DNA from: Candidatus Gastranaerophilales bacterium
GTDB taxonomy: Bacteria > Cyanobacteriota > Vampirovibrionia > Gastranaerophilales > Gastranaerophilaceae
Direction: 5' to 3'
DNA length: 64,000 bases
NCBI GenBank assembly: GCA_944322785.1
Contig: CALUPW010000009.1
Coordinates: forward strand, 18,497-82,496
Shown: in pieces, positions 52,253 through 60,905 of the stretch
Numbering within the stretch: position 1 is the stretch's first letter
Layout: every line of letters starts with the position of its first letter
The notes under the pieces: model-generated
What the model was told of the DNA's origin: nothing
What the model saw: only the letters and a program-made list of their open reading frames with translations
Databases searched by the model: none
Translations under genes and position numbers: made by a program

Positions 52253-52903
52253 TTACCATCTTTTATAATCTTCAAGAGCTTTCTTTGCAACATTGAAATC
52301 TCTTTTGTCGATGACAACATATTCGCTTGTCTTAGGATTTATAATGCACATAGTAGCGGCACATTCTTTATAAAATGCTTTTACTGCATCGATTTCAGCT
52401 TTTTTTGCGAGCATTTCCTCTTTATATTTCTTTGAATCTTCCTTTTTAGGTTGATAGTGAGCTGCTTCGTTATCTTCTAAAATTGTTTTTTCATACAAAG
52501 TTGCTCCACGTTCGGAAACATAGTTATTTTTATAGTTGCCGTCAATCAAGACTTTGCCGAGATAAGAAACTATTTGTTTGTGAAAAGATTCACTGTTTTC
52601 AGGTGCACTTGAGCCTTCTTTGAATTGATAGAATATAACTTTTCTTTCAGGTTTGAAAAACAGATAATAGTAAAATTCATTTTCTTTAGAACCTTTCAAA
52701 ACAGCTTCCGGAATCGGCTTGGGTAAAAAATCAGGTTTGTATGTCTGAATATTCTTGTCACCGACCTTAACTTTTGTGCCTGCTATAGTTGAAGGCAAAC
52801 CATCATTCTCAATAAAATCACTTTTCATAAAAAATACAGCATAAATTAGAAATCCGGTTAATAATATAATTATCAAAAAATAAATTTTAAATCTCAATTT
52901 CAT
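52253..52903 (-). CDS. Membrane-anchored hypothetical protein (216 aa)
   Basis: N-terminal TM helix YFLIIILLTGFLIYAVFF. No motif recognised. Confidence 0.55.
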   Translation of the reverse strand: MKLRFKIYFLIIILLTGFLIYAVFFMKSDFIENDGLPSTIAGTKVKVGDKNIQTYKPDFLPKPIPEAVLKGSKENEFYYYLFFKPERKVIFYQFKEGSSAPENSESFHKQIVSYLGKVLIDGNYKNNYVSERGATLYEKTILEDNEAAHYQPKKEDSKKYKEEMLAKKAEIDAVKAFYKECAATMCIINPKTSEYVVIDKRDFNVAKKALEDYKRW

Positions 52904-52984
52904 AAACCACTCCTCAATATAATTATTAATTATAACTTATATTAAATTTTTTTTCAAGAAGTTAAGGCAAAATTAGCATAACGC

Positions 52985-53014
52985 TTGACAATAACATCTG
53001 TTTGGGATTATATA
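52985..53014 (+). promoter_or_regulatory. rpsL-rpsG promoter TTGACA-N17/18-TATATA
   Basis: TTGACA at 52985-52990 and TATATA at 53009-53014. Confidence 0.6.
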
Positions 53015-53020
53015 AAAGTA

Positions 53021-53155
53021 TGTTTTAGCCGAAATTTTCGTGCTGGATTTGTCGGTAAAAGACATTACAATTCACTGCCGGAATGCGTAAGGGTTCCAGG
53101 ATAGCTTGCAAAGCCGGTGTATTGTATCAAGGTAAAAATAAAAAAGGAGAAAACA
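53021..53155 (+). other. About 135-nt G+C-enriched 5' leader of rpsL (candidate ribosomal-protein autoregulatory leader)
   Basis: Complementary blocks gccgaaattttcgtgctgg, ccggaatgcgtaagggttccagg and caaagccggtg. No family assigned. Confidence 0.3.
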
Positions 53156-53542
53156 ATGCCTACAATTAACCAGCTTGTACGTAACGAACGTAAAAAGCTT
53201 ATTGACAAAACAAAATCTCCTGCTTTGATGAATTGTCCTCAAAGACGTGGAGTATGCACAAGGGTTTATACAACTACCCCTAAAAAACCGAACTCAGCAC
53301 TCAGAAAAGTTGCCAGAGTACGTTTGACCAACGGATTTGAAGTTACTTCATATATTCCGGGTATCGGACACAACTTGCAGGAACACAGTGTTGTTCTTAT
53401 CAGAGGCGGAAGGGTTAAAGATCTTCCGGGTGTTCGTTATCACATTGTTAGAGGTACATTAGATACTGCAGGTGTAGCAAACAGAGCACAAAGCAGATCT
53501 AAATACGGTGCCAAGAAAAATGCTAAAGGAGGTAAGAAGTAA
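53156..53542 (+). CDS. rpsL: 30S ribosomal protein S12
   Basis: ORF-track start is 53117. The ATG at 53156 follows [22 protein letters not shown]...[19 protein letters not shown]. Confidence 0.95.
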   Translation: MPTINQLVRNERKKLIDKTKSPALMNCPQRRGVCTRVYTTTPKKPNSALRKVARVRLTNGFEVTSYIPGIGHNLQEHSVVLIRGGRVKDLPGVRYHIVRGTLDTAGVANRAQSRSKYGAKKNAKGGKK

Positions 53543-54012
53543 TGTCTAGACGTTCTAAACCTGTAAAACGTGTACCGTTAGCAGATCCTGTTTATAACAG
53601 TGTTGATGTTTCTAAATTCATTAACAGAATTATGAGACGGGGCAAAAAATCTTTAGCTGAAAAAATATTCTACATGACAATGGAAAGAATTAAAGAAAGA
53701 ACAAATCAGGATCCTATGGAAATTTTCCAAAAAGGTCTTACAAATGCAACTCCGTTGTTGGAAGTTAAAGCCAGACGTATCGGCGGTTCTACATATCAAG
53801 TTCCGATTGAAGTCAAGGCTGACAGAGGTTTTGCACTTTCTTCATCTTGGATTATTGAATCTGCTAAAAAACGTGGCGGCAAATCATTTATTGACAAGTT
53901 GACTAATGAACTTATTGATGCATCAAACGGTTCAGGTGCAGCTTGCAAAAAACGTGAAGATACTCACAAAATGGCTGAAGCTAACAAAGCGTTTGCTCAT
54001 TACAGATATTAA
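53542..54012 (+). CDS. rpsG: 30S ribosomal protein S7
   Basis: [10 protein letters not shown]...LEVKARRIGGSTYQVPIEV. Its start overlaps the rpsL stop (TAATG). Confidence 0.95.
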   Translation: MSRRSKPVKRVPLADPVYNSVDVSKFINRIMRRGKKSLAEKIFYMTMERIKERTNQDPMEIFQKGLTNATPLLEVKARRIGGSTYQVPIEVKADRGFALSSSWIIESAKKRGGKSFIDKLTNELIDASNGSGAACKKREDTHKMAEANKAFAHYRY

Positions 54013-54031
54013 TAAACAAATTAATAATACT

Positions 54032-54062
54032 AAAAATCCCGCAAAATATGCGGGATTTTTTA
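54032..54062. terminator. Bidirectional terminator hairpin after rpsG
   Basis: aaatcccgca-aaata-tgcgggattt flanked by A/T runs. Confidence 0.8.
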
Positions 54063-55670
54063 TTTGATAAATTTTTGAATATCGTTTTCGGGGGTTGTAA
54101 CAGGTTGAATTTGATAAACATTTTTCAAAGCAGATAAAATATCAGGGTTAATTATAAATGGCGGACACTGTGAAAGAAAAATGTTTTTCGCTCCAGAATT
54201 TGATAAATTGATTATAGTACTCAGAGAATTGATATCACACTTTGTAAAAAAGAATGTGAGAATGTCGGACACTATAGAAAGTTTATCAAAGAAAAGTTTC
54301 ATAACTCGGTAAACAGCTTCTATATTGCCGCCGAGATTTATATACAGTTGATTTGTATTATCTGAATGATAAGAAAATGTCACAATAAAAGTGTCCTGCG
54401 GCAAAAGCGTAAACAATTTTTTATAGTAACTTTCCTGAATTGATGAATAATCTGCCATTCCGATAACAACAACATGTTTTATTTCATTGTTTTTTATTTT
54501 TTGCGATAAGTCAGCTATTTTTGATTTCAATGTTTCTTCATTGTAACCTGCTTCAACAGATGGCATTTGCCGTCCTTTTGAAAAACCTTTTGAAATTTCA
54601 ATTGAGTCAAATATTTCGGAATAATCGGACGAATCGACCTTTATAACACCTTTAGGAGTAATATTTTCAGTAGAAAATACTTTTCCTCTGTATAGATAGT
54701 CAATATTTGGATAGTTGCTTTCTGTTAAAACAATAGGTCCGGGAAATGTCGCAAAATCTAATATGCAATTGACTCTACAGGATCCATAATCACCTTTCAG
54801 ATGTTTAAATTGTTTAAATTTTTCATATGCATGAGCAATTATTAAATCAGAATGCGTATAAACCGAAAAATCAGCATCGGAGGTTTTATCAAGAATATCA
54901 TATAATACATTTAAATTTGAGCCGGAAACAAGCAAAGCTTTACCTGGTTCTGTTGATTTTGATACCATAAGCTCTGATATTTTTCCGAATTTGTCATACT
55001 GAGCATTGGAAATCAATTCTAAAAGCCCGCAATTTGCTTTTGTTAATTTATTTATGTATTTTATAAGTTCATCGTTAGAATATTTTCTATTATTTAAAGC
55101 ACAAAGACATTCAAGAATAGTAAAATATACATCATCATCCGATTTGTCAAAACTTTTCAGCTTTGATAAGTTTAAAACAGCACTTTTAATAACAATTACG
55201 AGGATTTCAGATAAATTTTTTCTAAAAGCCGTCACTTTTCTATAATTTGCTAAAAAGGATTTATCCCCGAGTTTTATAATTTCAGAAAGTGTCATTTTGG
55301 GGGTTAATTTAAACTCAGGCTTTATATCTTTACATTCTATATTGTTTTCATTACAAAAATTCAAATATTCTTTTCTTGCATAAAGAAGTTTTGAATAAAC
55401 TTTGCTGACAACCTCAAGAAGTTGAATATTTGAATATTTTTCCGCATTGATAAATACCGGAACTGTTTCCATTATAACTTCCATATTGTCATAATAGGAA
55501 ATATTAAGTTCAGTCTGTTTTATTTCGTAATATGCGAGCAGACTTAAAAAACTAAATACAACTTCCTGTAACGCTTTTATATTCGGAGCCGTCGAACAAT
55601 TGCCGCGTGCAACACAATCGTTATAATCGTTTCCGTCTTCATGAAATTTATTAGAAAACATAACCTTCAC
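54060..55670 (-). CDS. Hybrid-cluster protein (Hcp/prismane) homolog lacking most cluster-ligand residues
   Basis: Colinear with Hcp as recalled from memory. GKALLVSGSNLNVLYDIL..VYTHSDLIIAHAY..FKHLKGDYGS..FATFPGPIVLTESNY compares with GKCILISGHDLKDLYNLL..VYTHGEMLPAHGY..FKHLVGNYGS..FARFPGPIVMTSNCI. The C-terminal ..GAKNIFLSQCPPFIINPDILSALKNVY compares with ..[27 protein letters not shown]. Confidence 0.75.
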   Translation of the reverse strand: MKVMFSNKFHEDGNDYNDCVARGNCSTAPNIKALQEVVFSFLSLLAYYEIKQTELNISYYDNMEVIMETVPVFINAEKYSNIQLLEVVSKVYSKLLYARKEYLNFCNENNIECKDIKPEFKLTPKMTLSEIIKLGDKSFLANYRKVTAFRKNLSEILVIVIKSAVLNLSKLKSFDKSDDDVYFTILECLCALNNRKYSNDELIKYINKLTKANCGLLELISNAQYDKFGKISELMVSKSTEPGKALLVSGSNLNVLYDILDKTSDADFSVYTHSDLIIAHAYEKFKQFKHLKGDYGSCRVNCILDFATFPGPIVLTESNYPNIDYLYRGKVFSTENITPKGVIKVDSSDYSEIFDSIEISKGFSKGRQMPSVEAGYNEETLKSKIADLSQKIKNNEIKHVVVIGMADYSSIQESYYKKLFTLLPQDTFIVTFSYHSDNTNQLYINLGGNIEAVYRVMKLFFDKLSIVSDILTFFFTKCDINSLSTIINLSNSGAKNIFLSQCPPFIINPDILSALKNVYQIQPVTTPENDIQKFIK

Positions 55671-55907
55671 CTACATATCATTTTCATCTTTTAAAAATTT
55701 TATTATCTCATCAGACTCATACATTTTAAGATTACTTTTTGAGTCGTAAATAAACGGAACCTGCGCTTTCCCGCCGATTTTTAGAAGATTATCATAATTT
55801 TCGACATCTGATACATCAAGTTTATTATATTCAATTTTATTTTCGTCAAGATATCTCATGACTTTTTTGCAGTATGGACAGGTTTCAAGAATATATAAAT
55901 CAAACAT
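55671..55907 (-). CDS. Glutaredoxin-like protein
   Basis: CPYC active site in LYILETCPYCKKV. QVPFIY. 78 aa. Its stop abuts the start of the Hcp-like gene. Confidence 0.8.
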   Translation of the reverse strand: MFDLYILETCPYCKKVMRYLDENKIEYNKLDVSDVENYDNLLKIGGKAQVPFIYDSKSNLKMYESDEIIKFLKDENDM

Positions 55908-56038
55908 TTTCCACCTCTTTATGCGAATATTATAAAATATATGCCGATTTATTTATTCCCCTTCAATATGCGATACAAGTCTAATTATAATCTTGTAAAC
56001 TATTTGCATATATGGAATTTTGTAATAAAATTTTCTAT

Positions 56039-57160
56039 ATGGATAAGAAAAATATACTGGTAATTTTTGGCACCCGTCCGGAAGTCATTAAGCTTGCTCC
56101 GGTTATTTTGGAACTTAAACGTCATCCGGAACTTTATAACGTGATTGTCTGCAATACAGAACAGCAAAAGGAACTTTCAAATCAGACGCTTGCTTATTTC
56201 GGATTAAAAGCAGATTTAAATCTTGATTGTATGCGCCCTAATCAATCACTTCTTGAAATTCAGACACGTATTTTAACCGCATTAAATACTGTTTTTTCAA
56301 ATAATAAAATTGATGCCTCCATTGTTCAAGGAGATACAATGACTGTTTTGTGCGGCGCTCTGGCAAGTTTTTACAACAAAGTTCCTTTATTTCATGTTGA
56401 AGCAGGTTTAAGATCATATGACATTTATGAACCGTTTCCGGAAGAAGTTATGCGACAGATGACATCTCGTGTTGCTCAATTAAATTTTGCACCGACTCAA
56501 AAAAATAAAGATGCCTTATTAAAAGAAAATATCTCAGAAGATAAAATTTTCGTTGTAGGAAACACTGTTATAGATGCTCTGTTTTGTTTGTCCGAGAAAA
56601 CTCTTGCTGAAAGCCGCAAATTTTTTGAGGAAAAAGATATTAAAGTAAATGATAAAACGGTTTTGATAACTGCGCACCGGCGTGAAAACCATGGAGAACG
56701 GATTGACAAGATTATTGATGCCATTAAATTTCTTGCCGGAAAATATAATGACCATACCTTTGTAATCCCTGTACACCCGAATCCGAATGTAAAAGATAAA
56801 ATACATTCAAGACTCGGAAATTATCAAAATATAAAACTTTTAACACCATTAGATTATCCGAATCTTGTATATCTAATGAAAAATGCAAAGCTTATCCTGA
56901 CAGATTCCGGCGGTATTCAGGAGGAAGCGCCTTCTTTTGGCTGTCCGACACTTGTTATGAGATATGAAACCGAAAGACAGGAAGGTATTGATGCAGGCGT
57001 TTCAATTCTTGTCGGAGCAGATTACAACAAAATCATTGAAAACAGTGAAATTATACTGGCAAAAGATTTTGTATCAACAAGATTAAAAGCAGTAAATCCT
57101 TATGGTGACGGAACATCCGCAAAAAAAATAGTTAATATCATAACTAATTATTTTAATTAA
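56039..57160 (+). CDS. wecB: UDP-N-acetylglucosamine 2-epimerase (non-hydrolysing)
   Basis: ORF-track start is 56012. Met at 56039 gives MDKKNILVIFGTRPEVIKLAP. HVEAGLRS and DSGGIQEEAPSFGCPTLVMR. Confidence 0.85.
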   Translation: MDKKNILVIFGTRPEVIKLAPVILELKRHPELYNVIVCNTEQQKELSNQTLAYFGLKADLNLDCMRPNQSLLEIQTRILTALNTVFSNNKIDASIVQGDTMTVLCGALASFYNKVPLFHVEAGLRSYDIYEPFPEEVMRQMTSRVAQLNFAPTQKNKDALLKENISEDKIFVVGNTVIDALFCLSEKTLAESRKFFEEKDIKVNDKTVLITAHRRENHGERIDKIIDAIKFLAGKYNDHTFVIPVHPNPNVKDKIHSRLGNYQNIKLLTPLDYPNLVYLMKNAKLILTDSGGIQEEAPSFGCPTLVMRYETERQEGIDAGVSILVGADYNKIIENSEIILAKDFVSTRLKAVNPYGDGTSAKKIVNIITNYFN

Positions 57161-57227
57161 AAATAAACTCCTTAAATATTTATTCAAGGAGATTTAGTTA
57201 GATTTAATTACATTTAGGCTGTTAGAT

Positions 57228-57881
57228 TTATCTGCATGACATTTTTTGTAAAGACCTTATTGTTTTTGGTTTTTGTTGTAGTAAAGCTTTTTCTCGTTCT
57301 AGAATTTGTTTTTTCAATTTATTATCAATTTTGGCAGAGGTGAGAATATCGGATTTGTATTCTTTGTACATTTTAATTTCACGTTCTGTTAAATCACTGA
57401 TATACGTATTTTTAACATCTTTTTCAACAGATTTTCTAAAACTACCTGCAGCAGCCATAAAAATAACAAATGCCGCTGCAATCCAACCTATCTGCTGTAT
57501 AGAAATACCATCTTTTACAACAACAGGTTCCGCTGCTGGAGTATCAAAGATTATGTCAGCATCCGCCACATCCTTTCCTTGAATATAAATATTTACATCA
57601 TTGTTTCCGGCATTTTCAATAACAATATTATTTATATCCGCAGTATTAATGTATTTGGTATCCATATTTAATGCGGTTGAAATATTTTTGAGATTTAATA
57701 AAAGTGTTCCGTCATCAAGAACATTCTTTTTAATGTTAGCCACCTTATCCGTTCTCAAAATAACGTTATAACCGTTTGAAGAACCTTCCAGAATAACCGC
57801 ATTCAAATTGTTATCAGCTGCAAATGCGGCAGATGTGGCAAGAATAATGATTAATATTAGATTTAAAAATATTTTTTTCAT
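57228..57881 (-). CDS. Secreted, C-terminally anchored hypothetical protein (possible AMIN-like domain)
   Basis: Signal peptide MKKIFLNLILIIILATSAAFA. Beta-rich ~100-aa domain, then TM helix IGWIAAAFVIFMAAAG and a basic tail. Confidence 0.55.
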   Translation of the reverse strand: MKKIFLNLILIIILATSAAFAADNNLNAVILEGSSNGYNVILRTDKVANIKKNVLDDGTLLLNLKNISTALNMDTKYINTADINNIVIENAGNNDVNIYIQGKDVADADIIFDTPAAEPVVVKDGISIQQIGWIAAAFVIFMAAAGSFRKSVEKDVKNTYISDLTEREIKMYKEYKSDILTSAKIDNKLKKQILEREKALLQQKPKTIRSLQKMSCR

Positions 57882-58096
57882 ATTTCCTCAATATTTCCCC
57901 AATCTGTTTTCACATATTAAGCATATCTGTATTTAAAGTAAAGTACATCAATCACAAGAATTGTATTAATCAGCCAATAGATTTAGATTTACAATTATAC
58001 TTATTGTTAACAAATGTTACAAAAAGACAGCATGCTGAAATTCAGAAAAAATATTTTTTTTTATATAAGTACCACGAGGCTTAAAGGAGTTATAAA

Positions 58097-58459
58097 ATGA
58101 CTAATAACATTTTTGCACGTACTTCACAAGAACAAAGAACAAACACGATTTCAAAAAGCAGAAAATCCGAAACTGCCGAAACTGCAGGGTCTCTTGCAAT
58201 GAAATCTTCAGAAAAAAGCTATCTTGCAATGAATACCTATGATACAATTTCAATAAACAGTCCGTATTCATTAAATATTGATTTTACAAATTATTCAGCA
58301 CCGGAAGGCGGTGCAAACACAAATTCCGGCTTTTTAAGCAATTTTGCAAACGCAGTTGCCGTTATCGGAACTGATTGCAGCGGATGTGCCGCAAGTGTTG
58401 CATCTGCCGGCACTTCTTCATCCTGCGGTGGCGGCGGAGGCTTTACCTCATTTGTATAA
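58097..58459 (+). CDS. Hypothetical protein with Ser/Gly/Cys-rich C-terminus
   Basis: SD AAAGGAG upstream. Ends ..IGTDCSGCAASVASAGTSSSCGGGGGFTSFV. No signal peptide. Confidence 0.5.
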   Translation: MTNNIFARTSQEQRTNTISKSRKSETAETAGSLAMKSSEKSYLAMNTYDTISINSPYSLNIDFTNYSAPEGGANTNSGFLSNFANAVAVIGTDCSGCAASVASAGTSSSCGGGGGFTSFV

Positions 58460-58513
58460 GAAGATAAAGAAAATTTGGTTTTATTAATAGAAAATAAAGA
58501 AAAATAATTCAAG

Positions 58514-58539
58514 GCGACGATTTAATGTCGTCTTTTTTA
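58514..58539 (+). terminator. Weak rho-independent terminator
   Basis: gacga-tttaatg-tcgtc followed by T6. Confidence 0.45.
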
Positions 58540-58554
58540 TTGTAAATTTAATCT

Positions 58555-58812
58555 ATGGAAAAGAATTTTTTCGTTTACATATTGCAAACTGAAGACAATA
58601 AATTGTACTGCGGTTATACGGATGATGTTAATAAAAGGTTTGAAATGCACAAAAACGGAACAGGTGCAAAATACACACGTGCACATAAGCCTGTTAAAAT
58701 TGTTTATAACAAAAAATTTTCCACAAAGTCGGATGCTATGAAGGAAGAATACCGGATTAAAAGACTTTCAAGAGCTAAAAAATTGGAATTAATTGCAGAC
58801 TCAAACTATTGA
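58555..58812 (+). CDS. Small stand-alone GIY-YIG nuclease-domain protein (UPF0213-like)
   Basis: FFVYILQTEDNKLYCGYTDDVNKRFEMHKNGTGAKYT. Confidence 0.8.
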   Translation: MEKNFFVYILQTEDNKLYCGYTDDVNKRFEMHKNGTGAKYTRAHKPVKIVYNKKFSTKSDAMKEEYRIKRLSRAKKLELIADSNY

Positions 58813-60239
58813 TTATTCTGTTCGTCAGCAGCAGGAGCCTGTTCGGTTGAGGTTGTTGAATCATCTGGCTTATTAAATTTTTCCTGTAATTTTTGCTGCT
58901 TTTTCTGTTCTTTTTCAAGTTTTTTCTGCTCTTTTGCTTCCTGTTTTGCCTTTGCTTTAGCTTCTTTTTCAATTCGTTTTTGTTTTGCCTGCTCAAGAAG
59001 CTCTTCTGTCTTTTCAAGAGAATCGTTTGTTGAGGTTGAACCTTCTACTTTATCTCGAATTTTGTAGTCTTCAAGCAAATACTTATGCTCTTTTTCCATT
59101 TCTTTGATTTTATTTTTATATTCGGTTTCAAGTTCTTTTACTTTCTTTTCATATTCTTCTTTTTTAGCTTTTTCATCAAGCTCATCTTCATGTTTTGCCT
59201 GTTTTTCTTCTATTTCAAGTATTGATGGCGGAACAACACCGGACTTTATCATTTTTATTCCGTTCATACTTATCTTAACATCATTCGGAGAAAGAGAAAC
59301 AAGCATTGAACGGGTACCTTTTATATCAATACTCCAGTTTCCTAAAAACACAGGCGCTTCTCCTGTGTATGCATAAGCTGACAAGACAATTCTGTCAGGA
59401 TTGTTCAGGTCAAATCCTAACGGGTATATATCCCACCTGTAATCACGTAAATTTAAATTTTTATACTCTTTCCAGTAATATATTATCGCATCACGAATTT
59501 CATCTAGTCTGTATGAGGTTTTTGTATCAAAATCGTAGACAATTGCATTTGTCTGCCATATACCATCCAGCCGTCCGCCTATTTTTTCCTTTACAAGGAG
59601 TTTTGTACCGTCAGTCGAAAAATCAATCGGAGTTAAAGTTCTGAAAGAGCCGTAATCATTAATTGATTTTGTAGTAGACAAAATCGGATCAGGATTTCTA
59701 TGCATAACATTTGCTTTTTTTACCTTTGAAAGCGGATTGCCTTTCTCCTCAAGCGGAATGACAAATAAATCACAGGTCACAACCGCATTTTTGGGATAAT
59801 AATAAACTGACGGATAAACAAGTATCCTGTAATCAGGCGAAACAACCCCCTGTGCATTAATCTGTCGTCTGCGTTTAAAATCTCTGCCTAAAGATATTTC
59901 AGGACTACCTGGAGGATTGTTATATCTTACAAGTTCATAATCCGGCTGCGGTACATACTTCATATCAGCGGCTTTCTCTGGCTTTGGAATAGGAATTTCT
60001 TCCTGAGTTTTGTCTTTGGGAGCAGACAGCATTTCATATTCTTCCATTGTCATAAATCCGGAGGGGGTCAAATTTTTCTTTTTTCTTTCAAATTCTTCTT
60101 TTGCATCTTCTTTTTTTACATTGTGTAAATATTGAGCTTCTTGTTCTCTTGCACCAGCGGGCGAAGAGGAAAACGAAAATGCATTAACTGCCATATTTGA
60201 CAGAAATAATGCTAAAATCAAAACTCCTGTACGTAACAT
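58806..60239 (-). CDS. Secreted protein with beta-rich central domain and Lys/Glu-rich coiled-coil tail
   Basis: Signal peptide MLRTGVLILALFLSNMAVNAFS. C-terminus ..KKVKELETEYKNKIKEMEKE..EKEAKAKAKQEAKEQKKLEKEQKK. Its start directly abuts the stop of the response-regulator gene. Confidence 0.7.
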   Translation of the reverse strand: MLRTGVLILALFLSNMAVNAFSFSSSPAGAREQEAQYLHNVKKEDAKEEFERKKKNLTPSGFMTMEEYEMLSAPKDKTQEEIPIPKPEKAADMKYVPQPDYELVRYNNPPGSPEISLGRDFKRRRQINAQGVVSPDYRILVYPSVYYYPKNAVVTCDLFVIPLEEKGNPLSKVKKANVMHRNPDPILSTTKSINDYGSFRTLTPIDFSTDGTKLLVKEKIGGRLDGIWQTNAIVYDFDTKTSYRLDEIRDAIIYYWKEYKNLNLRDYRWDIYPLGFDLNNPDRIVLSAYAYTGEAPVFLGNWSIDIKGTRSMLVSLSPNDVKISMNGIKMIKSGVVPPSILEIEEKQAKHEDELDEKAKKEEYEKKVKELETEYKNKIKEMEKEHKYLLEDYKIRDKVEGSTSTNDSLEKTEELLEQAKQKRIEKEAKAKAKQEAKEQKKLEKEQKKQQKLQEKFNKPDDSTTSTEQAPAADEQNNQ

Positions 60240-60905
60240 TTATACAAGACCCTCTTTCATAGCCATTGAAATAGCTTTTGCACGTGAGGTCACGTACAAT
60301 TTTTGAAGAATACTGTGAACGTGGGTTTTCGTTGTCGAAATTGTTATTACGAGTTTTTCTGCAATCTGCGGATTTGTAAGCCCGTCAACAATAAGAGCAA
60401 GAACCTCCATCTCACGTTCCGTAAGCCCGTAAAGATTTTTGCCAAGTTTATAGTTAATTTCACCACGTCTTTGCGGAGCTGCAGTGCTGCGTCTTATATT
60501 AGTTAAAACTACTTTTGCAATTGCCGGATCAAGCCAGCCGGCACCTTCACTTACAGCAAGAACTGCAGATATTGTCTGCTCAGAAGTTGCACCTTTAGTA
60601 ATATATCCGTCCGCACCTGCCTGAAACGAGTCAAAAATATCATCCTCATCTTCACGTGATGTGTACATTAGAACTTTTATCTTCGGATTTACAAGCTTAA
60701 TTTTTTTGGTTGCCTCAATACCGTCTATTGTCGGAAGTCCGATATCCATAATTACAACGTCAGGGACAAGTGAAAGTGCCATATCGACACCTTCTTGACC
60801 GTCTGCAGACATGCCGGCGATTTTAATATCCGTATTTTTGCTTAATATTACGGACAAACCCATACGTGCCATATCATGATCTTCTACTATTAACACCTTA
60901 ACCAT
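60240..60905 (-). CDS. NarL/LuxR-family response regulator (REC + HTH)
   Basis: VLIVEDHDM..VVIMDIGLPTIDG (phospho-Asp context) and LTEREMEVLALIVDGLTNPQIAEKLVITISTTKTHVHSILQKL. Confidence 0.9.
   Translation of the reverse strand: MVKVLIVEDHDMARMGLSVILSKNTDIKIAGMSADGQEGVDMALSLVPDVVIMDIGLPTIDGIEATKKIKLVNPKIKVLMYTSREDEDDIFDSFQAGADGYITKGATSEQTISAVLAVSEGAGWLDPAIAKVVLTNIRRSTAAPQRRGEINYKLGKNLYGLTEREMEVLALIVDGLTNPQIAEKLVITISTTKTHVHSILQKLYVTSRAKAISMAMKEGLV

Noticed and set aside
54060-55670. Calling this gene a functional hydroxylamine reductase (hcp)
   Set aside because: Family membership is clear, but most residues I expect to ligate the Fe-S and hybrid clusters are substituted. The enzymatic name is therefore withheld.
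58003-58025. Recurrent intergenic words TGTTAACAA, TTTACAA and GTTACAA. They occur near 2950, 5790, 9285, 12305, 16795, 18685, 26880, 33150, 34855, 48315, 48352 and 58005.
   Set aside because: I considered a dispersed repeat or regulator site. The copies are short, variable in flanks and orientation, and resemble -35-type hexamers (TTTACA/TTAACA) in AT-rich spacers. There is not enough to call an element without genome-wide statistics.
58555-58812. GIY-YIG gene as a homing endonuclease or mobile element
   Set aside because: It is only 85 aa with no DNA-binding extension, intron or intein context. It matches the stand-alone UPF0213-type small GIY-YIG proteins. No repeats or integrase flank it.
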